A DNA stretch of 64,000 nucleotides from Eledone cirrhosa (lineage: Eukaryota): NCBI GenBank assembly GCA_964016885.1, contig OZ024745.1:126604001-126668000 (forward strand), given 5' to 3'. The position numbers and the translations under genes were made by a program. This document shows, piece by piece, positions 54,281-64,000 of the stretch. A model generated the notes under the pieces. The model was not told the origin of the DNA and made no database searches. It saw nothing but the letters and a program-made list of their open reading frames with translations. Position 1 is the first letter of the stretch, and every line of letters begins with the position of its first letter.

Positions 54281-56322
54281 GTTTCTACTTTTGGCACAAG
54301 GCCAGCAATTACCCAGTGCATTACTGGTACTTTATTTTATCAACCCCGTAAGGATGAAAGGCAAAGTTAACCTCAACGGGATTTGAACTCAGACTATAAA
54401 GGGACGTAACTATGCTAGAAAGCATGGCGTCCAACCCTCAACTGATACTGCCAATTCACAACAACAACAATAATAACAACAATTATTTAAATATTCAGAT
54501 ATTCAATTTATTTTCCAGAATAAACAGATTAATCGACGCAATAACAATACTTCATAATTTTAACATTTAACATTTTTGACTAGGTTCATGAGAGTTTTTA
54601 CAAAATATTATCTGAACAACTTTTAAAAGTGTAAAACGAGACAAATACTAAGTTTTTTAGTATTTAGAACATGAGAATAATATATAATCCATGATGAGAG
54701 GAAGAAAAACAAATAAACATTGAATCTCGTTTTTTGTATTAGATACAGGCTGATATTACTTTGTTCTGCATCAAATAAAATAAAAATTGAGTTACAGCTA
54801 AGCCAGTAGAATACTGATTGAGCTGACCTATCTGTTAAACAGTTGATAGTTCATATGTTGTACACTGGAGCTGTAATGTTCTTGGGCAAGACCCCTAACC
54901 CTCAATGTCCCAGTCCATCTAGCTATACACATGTACCATGGGAAGGAGGAATAAAATGTTAGAATAACTGACGAGGACACTGTATAATTTGATGATTGTT
55001 TTGTTAGCTTACAATATCCAGCTCAAATCCTATGGATCTGAAATAGGAAACCACTCTTTTGTATTATTATTATTATTCATCTTATTTTATTTTTTACTAT
55101 ATAGTCATGGAAGGAAGAGCAGTGCCCATCACCATTTCAGGGGTCCTGACATTAGTGTGAGGGTGGAGGGGATCCTCAAACTGGAGACTTGGCTGAAATG
55201 CTTTCAACAGAGTGGATTCTACGAAGACTACCCAAGGATCAGGTGGTGGCATTAAATCTACTACCCAAGTAGAATGAAAAGAGCTAGAACAAACATGGTA
55301 AAGCATATTAATCTGATCATCTAACAATTCCTCCAATCTACTACACTGGACTGGAACTATAGTTTATCAACCCCAAAAGGATAAAAATCAAAGTTAACCT
55401 CAGTGGAATTTGAACTCAGAAAACAGAAACAAATGCCAGAAGTTATTTTGTTTTATTCTTGCTTTGAATTTTTACTGCTTTGAATTTTTACAAACACAAA
55501 CAGTTCCTCCAGAATCCAGTGAGATACGGGGCAATATTTAAATAAGTTTGCAGACAGTCTCAATTTTGTCTTAATAGTTGTATTAGTTGCACTCTTTTGA
55601 ATGGCAAGATTTGAACTCTTGATCAGTAGATAAAATGTCTAGCCTGTTAACCACTCAGTTGTTAAGCCACTTCATCATTTGTATAATGTTTTATGCTGTA
55701 TTATATTTGATATGTTGCACATGTGAAGCTTTCCTAATTAATTTCATGATCTATATCATCCTCATCATTAATCACATCCACATTATTTTACATATCGAAA
55801 TTCAGATATTATTGCTATGAAGTCAGTGCTTTAAAAAAAAAAAGAAAGTATAGGAATGGTTTCTCACTACCTTCTAATCTATGGATGAAATCTGAGATTT
55901 GTTAATTGCAAGCAGCAAGTGGTGACTTTCATGCCTTTCTCAAAGGATCAGTGATATAAATGGTTTCCAATCAAGAATCAAATCCAAGTCGCAGTTGTAG
56001 TTCAGTGAAAACTTACTGCCACTCCACAACTATCAGTACATCTGGCTTACAATAACAACAGTTAACGATCACAGCTTTGTTGATTAAGGTGTTGGCACAT
56101 GAATTTGTTATAAATACTTAATACAAGGCTCATTAACTAGAATATTATTTGCAATCAGTGTGTTGTGTTTATTTGGCTTTGCACTAATCAAATCAATATC
56201 ACTTTGGTACCAAGATCAATTATTCCAAGTCTTAAACTTTAGTGCAAGTCACTCAACTAAAGAAGAGAGATGTTCCTCATAACCATGGTAGGTAATGTAA
56301 TATTTTATAATAGATTTTAGAT

Positions 56323-56640
56323 TAGGGGCATGCAACAGGCGGCCCATGGGCCACAATCCGGCCCACCAGACCAGTCAGAGTGGCCCGCGATGACTGTTTT
56401 TAATTTTTAGCTTGTAGGCTTATTTAGAATTTTTTCGTAACCGTAATATAATTTTCTGTTAGTTGACCTATAATAAAGGGCTTCACTGATAGGGTTATGT
56501 GTGTTATAATTTCCCAGTTCGATGTTATGGAAAGAAGTTGTGGTGAATCTTTGGAATAGTGCTTAATAAATATTAATGGCCCTAATAGTTGTTCCAATGT
56601 TCAAAAGTGGCCCGCCAGTGGAATATGTTGCACACTCCTG
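56323..56640. mobile_element. hAT (Charlie-like) MITE
   Basis: Termini TAGGGGCATGCAACA / TGTTGCACACTCCTG; flanking TTTAGAT repeat; subterminal GGCCC motifs. Confidence 0.75.
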
Positions 56641-57136
56641 TTTAGATGAACTAAGTATTTAAGTAGCAGTTAAGAAAATGTTCTTATGTATAGCCCACTG
56701 TGAATCAACATACATAATAAAATATGCACTTTCTCTCAAATATATACTAATTTCAATTCTGTCAATAGACAAGATGTCAATACAGATGTCATGTGGCTAC
56801 ACTAATATGATATTGACATTATTATATCACAATACTGGTATTAGTGTGACTAGACAAATAATATCATATCTTTCTACTGATCTTACGTAGTTAAAAAGGA
56901 TAAGTATGTGCAGAGTAATGCGATAAATAGTGTAAATTACTCCACCTTTCATGATTATAAATATTTATCAATGGGAGATCAACCCTAATGCAATATTATA
57001 TGAATATACAATATTGGGAGATTCATTCATGGTTGTTAGACTATAGAGATACAAATTCATATTGATATCATAAGTAATGTATGTAATGTATCTTTAGGCA
57101 AGCTAATTAACTCGATAACATTTTGTCTAGCTCTAA

Positions 57137-57351
57137 CCCTTTAGCATTTAAACTGGCCATATCCGGTTAGAAATCTCTCACCTCTTTCTGTTCAAACTGG
57201 CTGTAACTGGCCACGCATACTGATGTTAAGGTATTGTTCTCAAAATAAATAATATCAAAATATCATAGATTTGATATTGTGTGAGATAATTATGTAAGAT
57301 AAATGTAAGAAAATATAATAACATATATAGAATAATGTAAATGCTAAAGGG
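57137..57351. mobile_element. MITE with CCC...GGG termini (piggyBac-like)
   Basis: TIR CCCTTTAGCATTTA / TAAATGCTAAAGGG; TTAA flanks degenerate. Confidence 0.65.
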
Positions 57352-58623
57352 TGCTGGCATATTATATAAATAAATAAATATTACATTAGGGCCTTCACAA
57401 CCAAAATTAGGGTTTTAAAAAGTTGCATAGCAGAACAATTATTAGCATTATCATAAATGGTTATACATCAACTATTTTACTATTTAATAAAAGGATTTAT
57501 GACTAAACCGAGTTTTTCTTCCTGAAAATATTCAAACATTCATATATAAGAAGTAAAAGGTTCAGATTTAAAAATAAAACATATGGATAAACAAAAAGTA
57601 GTTATAAGCAGAATTTTGTGGTATGTTTTAACACAGAAATTATTTCAACAATGATCAGCAGAAGAGAAACTCAAAAATAGAAAAAAAACGAAGAAAAAAA
57701 TTCTTGCATTTGTTATTTTTGAAATAAAACCATACTTTAATGGTACAATTTCATGGTTTGAACCATGAAAATAAAAGTATGGTTTATAAGGCACAATTCT
57801 TTTATTTCTCATTTTGCTTTATTTGTTTTTTTATTGTATATGTTTGTGTGTTTTTAAATGAACATTTTAATGTTTAAGGTGGTGAGTACTTTTCAGTAGC
57901 AAATAAACCCCTAAAAAACTGAGGTAAGAAGCCAATATAATTCATTTATATTTCTAATACTCTTGGGACAGATAAAAAATATTACGTCACATTTCAATAA
58001 AAAAAAAATATATAGAAAGCACCTTGTGCCAAGCTCAAATAAATATATACCTTTAATCACACTTAATAAAGCCATTATCATAAAAAAAGAGAATTAAAAT
58101 AACTTTTTTTTTTTTTGGTGTAGGGAGTGACAAGTACTATCTATAATAGTTCATAAATGATTATTTTTTAAAGGGAACAAAGTAAAGTTCTTTCAGCTAA
58201 GAATTGAAACCAGATTGATAACTCATTTGTCTATAAATCTAATTCCACACCACAGTACAGGCTAACTTTTTTTAATGTTCATCTGCCAGTAATAAATTGT
58301 GAATACTGGAAAATGATAATAATGTAAACAAGGGCATAGTTTAGTTAAATATATGGTATATCTTTAGATAAATGTATATTAAGTATATAAATGGTGCAGA
58401 AAGTATAAAACAAATAAAAAGAGAGAAGATTATAATCACTGCATCCTAACATGCACACCTAATACATTCATACACATTTATACTCTGCAGTACCACCTGT
58501 TACTAGGTAGCAGTCAACTTGTATCCCTTGTGTCAACACAGCTTCACTTTGGAATCACAATATCACAAGGAGTGCTGAATATGGCTTGTGCCTGCATTAA
58601 CTGCAATCAAACTAACACACACA

Positions 58624-58685
<62 letters not shown>

Positions 58686-58829
58686 GTTCAGTAAAAGTTG
58701 TTTTGGTAAAAACAGGAGTAAGCAGGAGAAAGCTCTCTACATTCGTAGTGTGTAGTTATGATGGAGATTTATGTAACATCAACATCTTTCTTAATGTTAT
58801 TCTTATATATATATTTAACAGGAGGGGAG

Positions 58830-59158
58830 TTGTGATGTCCATTCAGTTACACATCGGTATGGTATGGCAACCTCTCTAATATTGGAGATTTACATGATAA
58901 ATGCACCCAGTACATGCTGTAATGTGGTTGGTGATAGGGTAATCCAGCCATAAAAAGCTTGCCCAACAAAGGGTTAGGAGAACCCTTCAGTTGTGTCAAA
59001 GACATGACAACCTCTCCTGTGTACTTGGTAGAATGTGAGATGCAGATCCCTGGCTTGTCTGGGAGATCAGTAACCCTGCTTCAGTACTGATCTGGTCTAT
59101 GTAGACACATCCAACCCTTGCTAGCTGAGAAAGCAGACATTAAAACGATGATGATGAT
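58830..59158 (+). mobile_element. RTE-dependent SINE-like element with (GAT)n tail
   Basis: 3' end TCCAACCCTTGCTAGC..GAAAGCAGACATTAAAACGATGATGATGA matches the RTE tail at 3866-3930 (minus). Confidence 0.65.
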
Positions 59159-59381
59159 TTTATATATATATATGTGTGTGTGTGTGTGTGCATGAAAAGT
59201 AAATAGAAAAACAACACAGGAAAACAACACATTAGGCTTTAGTCCTTTGTTGGAAGATAGAATGAGAAATAAAAGAATAAATAGAAAGATAGATGAGGTT
59301 AAGAAGAGGAAGAAGTAGAAAAGCAAACTTTTGAGAAAAAGCACTGTAAAACTTTGCCAGGACAATACATACATACATATA

Positions 59382-60209
59382 TGAGGGTGCTTCCAAAAAT
59401 TCATGGAAAAAGTACATAACTAAAAATCTTATGCAGGGATTTTGATCTCAATGCAGCTGTACGTTCTTGTACTAATGTGTTATAACATGCTGTACTAACG
59501 TGTCATAACATGTTGTACTAACGTGTTATAACATGTTGTACTAACGTGTTATAACATGTTGTACTAACGTGTTATAACATGTTGTACTAACATGTTATAA
59601 CATGTTGTACTAACGTGTTATAACATCATGTACTAACGTGTTATAACATGTTGTACTAACGTGTTATAACATGTTGTACTAACGTGTTATAACATGTTGT
59701 ACTAATGTGTTATAACATGTTGTACTAACGTGTTATAACATGTTGTACTAACGTGTTACAACATGTTCTGATATGAACCATTAAATGCATGTTGCAATGT
59801 GGTGCCACCAGCCGGAAGCCAGCACCTGATTGAGCAACATGGCCTCCATCAAAACATCAAATTCATGGTGAAGCTAGGGTGGCAGAGCAGCCAAATCATT
59901 GACGCACTGGAGCAAGTTTATGGGGACAGTTCCCCAAAGAAATAGACAACCTAGAAATGGATAAGTCGTGTTAGAAGTGGAAGAGATGAGCTTGAAGATG
60001 ATCCTCAGTTGAAGATGTAAAAAAATAAGCTGCTTTGACTTACTTTAAATCACATGGCCCCCAGTTTGACACAGATGAGCTTAAGGACTGGTATCAATGC
60101 TTGCAGAAGTGTATTGACGTAGATGGGGTATAAGTAGAACAATAAACATCATAACTTAAACCGTTTTTTCCAACTGTCCTTTTTCCATGAACTTTTTGAA
60201 GCCCCCTCG
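59382..60209 (+). mobile_element. Hsmar2-like mariner internal-deletion derivative
   Basis: TIRs TGAGGGTGCTTCCAAAAATTCATGGAAAA / TTTTCCATGAACTTTTTGAAGCCCCCTCG with TA flanks; IKFMVKLGW...IIDALEQVYGDSSPK N-terminus and WYQCLQKCIDVDGV*VE C-terminus. Confidence 0.9.
59468..59768. repeat. 23-bp minisatellite, about 13 units, inside the mariner
   Basis: Unit AACATGTTGTACTAACGTGTTAT. Confidence 0.95.
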
Positions 60210-60232
60210 TATACACACACACATACACACAC

Positions 60233-60263
<31 letters not shown>

Positions 60264-61047
60264 TATATGATCGATCTCTCTCCCTCTCTCTTGCTACATG
60301 TACTAAGCCACCCACACAATGACATAATGAAAGTGCAAAAAAAAAAAAAAAGAGTGTACTCAAAAATATAAAGTAAATGAAAGCATGATTTGATAAATGC
60401 AATATGTTTAAATCATAATATATACTGTGCAAATGATATTAAATCAATAGAAATGGTGTAGAAGTGATTTGTAGCACATTGTGTATATACATGCACGTGG
60501 TTATAAGTGTGCATTTGTGTGTGTTTATGCATGTCTGTTTACATGTGCAGGTAATGCATTTCTGTAAATATATGATGCAAATACAGAAATTAACTTTGAT
60601 TGTTGATATGCTTCATATAACATTTTTAATTATCTTTTTGGCAAGTAACAGATAAATCAACAAACATAGAATTACTCAGTAAATATGTATGTGTATGTAT
60701 GTGTGTGTGTATGTGTGTGTATGTATGCGTGTGTGCATGTGTGTATATGTGTGTGTGTGCATGTGTATGTGTGTATGTATGGACTTGTAACTCCTGATTC
60801 CTGAGGGAGTTGTAAGGGAGCCATCACAAGATACAGCATATTAGGGGCATTTTAAACCAAGCAGAGCCCAACTCATCTCTATGTCTGAACACAGCAGATT
60901 TCTTCCAGAAGAGAGGGAGAGGGGGAGATAGTGGGGGGGGGGGTATGTGTATCAATAAATGTATATTTCATTTCATTCAAACTTCCACAAACACTATACT
61001 GTGCCTTTGGACAAGATATATTTGATTAATGGTTACAGTTTCCTGAC

Positions 61048-61572
61048 AGAGAGAGAGAGGGGGGTGGGCAGAGAGAGAGGGGGGGTGAGAGAGAGAGGGG
61101 GGTGAGAGAGAGAGGGGGGTGAGTGAGTGAGAGAGAAGCAGTGAGTGAGTGAGAGAGGCAGTGAGTGAGAGAGGGGGTGAGTGAGAGAGAGAGTGAGTGA
61201 GAGAGAGGTGGTGAGAGAGAGAGGTGGTGAGAGAGAGAAGTGGGGAGTGAGTGAGAGAGAGAGGTGGTGAGAGAGAGAGAGGTGGGGAGTGAGTGAGTGA
61301 GAGAGAGAGGTGGGGAGTGAGTGAGAGAGAGAGGTGGGGAGTGAGTGAGAGAGAGAGGTGGGGCGTGAGTGAGAGAGAGAGGTGGGGAGTGAGTGAGAGA
61401 GAAGCAGTGAGTGAGTGAGAGAGGCAGTGAGTGAGAGAGGCAGGGAGTGAGAGAGGCAGGGAGTGAGAGAGGCAGGGAGTGAGTGAGTGAGAGAGGCAGG
61501 GAGTGAGTGAGTGAGAGAGGCAGGGAGTGAGTGAGTGAGACAGGCAGGGAGTGAGTGAGTGAGTGAGAGAGA
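61048..61572. repeat. GA-rich compound tandem repeat
   Basis: GAGTGAGAGAGG(C/T)-type units; strongly purine-skewed. Confidence 0.9.
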
Positions 61573-63054
61573 AGTTCAACCTCAGCACTGACTTACTTTT
61601 TTCTGTTATCAACCTCAAAAGGATGATAGGATGAGAGGTAAAGTTGAACTCTGCAAGAGAGGTGGAACAAATACTGCAAAGCATTCTATCCAACATTCTA
61701 ATGCCTCTGTCAATTTGCCACCTATGTCAAATGGTATGCTTGCTGTATTTAACTTACACATATTTTGGTAAAGTGTACCACGAAAAAAAATAAAAATCAA
61801 TCAGTATCAAAATAAATATTGATACATTGAATATAATTTACATGATTAAATAAATGTATTTTAAGATAATTAAAGAGAAACAAATTTTAAAGTAGAAGAA
61901 ATTATGAGAATTTCAAGAAAAGAATCATATCAGTATACCATTATCTGTCAGGTAAACCTGATTTAAGCAAACATTGTATTATAACATAGAAAAGATATAT
62001 ATATATATAAATTTGAACGACTTCCATCCATTCGTCCATCACACAATGTGTGCGTGTGTATTTGTATGAATGTATGTGTGTGTAAAAGGAAGGAAGGAGA
62101 TGGTGAAAAAACTATAGCAAAACAGTGGCTGGTGTTCCATTTGCTATGCTGTGTGTAAGTGTATGTGTGTGTGTGCGAATATAAGCCTGTGAGTGCAAAT
62201 TTTTGTAAGTTTGTCTGTTTGCGCAATTATACTTATATACTTATACATATAAATATATGCATATGCACACATATACACATACGTGTCGGCTTGTTGAAAA
62301 AATCTTAGTATATAAAAAAGCAATAACAATAATATAAATAAATCTAAGAATAATACACTGACCATCATCATCACTACCACAATGATATAATGGATAATGT
62401 AGGAGAATGCTTTACACCTCATACCTATTTTTTTTTTAAGTGTTTAAATATAGAAGGGAGGATTCTGAAAAGCTGACCCACAACCTAGTTTTAATTCTCA
62501 GATGTAACCATTTTTGTCAACAGTCATAATTTTAATACTCCATTCCAGGGACATTTTAGCTGATGTAATTTCTGTTAATTTTTATTAGACAGTCATTTCT
62601 TTACAGTGGAAGGACATTGTTAGACTAATTATAACTAATCATGAGGAAAATCAGTTAATTATCTCCCTTAGAAACCCATGAAGCTAGATGTAACACCTGT
62701 CTAGTGGGTCCGGGTATGATTTTACATTCATTTAAATTATTGATGTATTGTTTTATTGATATTTTTTATCTGTTTGTCCCGAATCTTCTATTATCGATTT
62801 TTTATCGTATGGTTGATTGTAGACTTGTTCTATATGTGACGGTATTTTAACGATAGTTATAGCTCTGATTCATCTGAATTATTGAGCCCTCTGCCGCTCA
62901 TTTCGAATTTTGTTTATCGTGAACTCGTGCGCCGATTTTTCGATACTCGATCTTTCTAATATATATATATATATCTTAAAAAGTAAACAGAACAAAAAAA
63001 CAGAAAAACGCAGAGGCAGTACAAATGTTATTATTATTAGTTTCACGCTTGAGA

Positions 63055-63096
63055 GTGGGGGGACGACGTTTCGGGCATAAGTACTTCATCAGGAGA
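63055..63096 (-). ncRNA. Minimal HHR-like motif in a pLTR-like fragment
   Basis: Minus: CTGATGA agtacttatgccc GAAA CG TC; both core boxes intact but stems poor. Confidence 0.45.
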
Positions 63097-63424
63097 AAAG
63101 TGGGTAGGAAGAGAGTTCTGAGGGTGCGTGGGGGAGTGGTGGAAAGACATTTTTAAAAATGATTTTAAAAAGGGGGGAGGAGAAAAGGGAGGAACACATT
63201 TTTTTTAAATAAAAAGAAACAAATGGTGAAAGGCTGTGAGGCGTGTATAGGTGGTGGGTGGGGAGGGGAGAGAGAGAGGCGGGGGTCCGAGCGGGGAGGG
63301 CTGAAGATGGTGTGTGTGTGTGTATGTGAGAGTTGGGGGAAGAACAAGGTTCCATGATATATAAATAAATATATGAATGTGGTTGATGGCTGAGAAAAAA
63401 AGAGTACTTAATAACGGAGTTTTA

Positions 63425-63565
63425 ATATTCTTTTTATTGCAGCTAAATAGTGAGTCTTGTGGCTCTGGATTTTCGCCTGTTTATCATAGATCTGATGACC
63501 CTGTGATAAACAGGCAACACTCCACAATAACAAGAGTCATTATTTAGCCTCAATAAAATGAATAT
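63425..63565. mobile_element. Diverged fold-back element with a split HHR core
   Basis: Plus CTGATGA cCCTGT gataa ACAGGc AACA (63492-63519); the opposite arm keeps ACAGGC GAAA. Confidence 0.55.
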
Positions 63566-63685
63566 ATTTACATACACACACACTCAAGTGTTATCCTAGT
63601 AAGACTTTGTATTTTTGCGTCACTGTGTTTATTTTGTTTTATTTGCTCATATACATCTAAACACCACAAACATAAGTGAGTGTGA

Positions 63686-63725
<40 letters not shown>

Positions 63726-63755
63726 ACATATATATATATATAAATATATATCTAC

Positions 63756-63848
<93 letters not shown>

Positions 63849-63874
63849 TATATCTACATATATAAATATATATC

Positions 63875-63916
<42 letters not shown>

Positions 63917-63942
63917 TATATCTACATATATAAATATATATC

Positions 63943-63998
<56 letters not shown>

Positions 63999-64000
63999 TA

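Noticed and set aside
60977-61696. 239-aa Ser/Leu/His-rich ORF
   Set aside because: Translation of a GA-rich tandem repeat plus a SINE remnant

Overview
AT-rich, microsatellite-saturated eukaryotic intergenic or intronic DNA. The SINE repertoire and (TA)n/(CA)n density suggest a coleoid cephalopod, probably an octopod (inference, not verified). No host protein-coding gene could be supported; nearly all ORFs in the track are microsatellite artefacts. The window holds many tRNA-derived SINEs, several with clear target-site duplications. It also holds LINE fragments (RTE, CR1-like, R4/Dong-like, CRE-like) and DNA transposon relics (Hsmar2-like mariner, hAT and Tigger-like MITEs, a Helitron, hAT and pogo transposase remnants); three of these relics host minisatellites. 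The most striking signal, read by eye, is about 15 near-complete and about 10 partial or degenerate type I hammerhead ribozyme (HHR) motifs. They belong to several unrelated short element families, almost all next to (TA)n tracts, and many form head-to-head fold-back structures with a one-sided tail. This fits a diverse population of Penelope-derived non-autonomous retrozyme-like elements. One pair shows compensatory stem changes, and one family's tail keeps a conserved reading frame. All folds and alignments were made manually and need computational confirmation.
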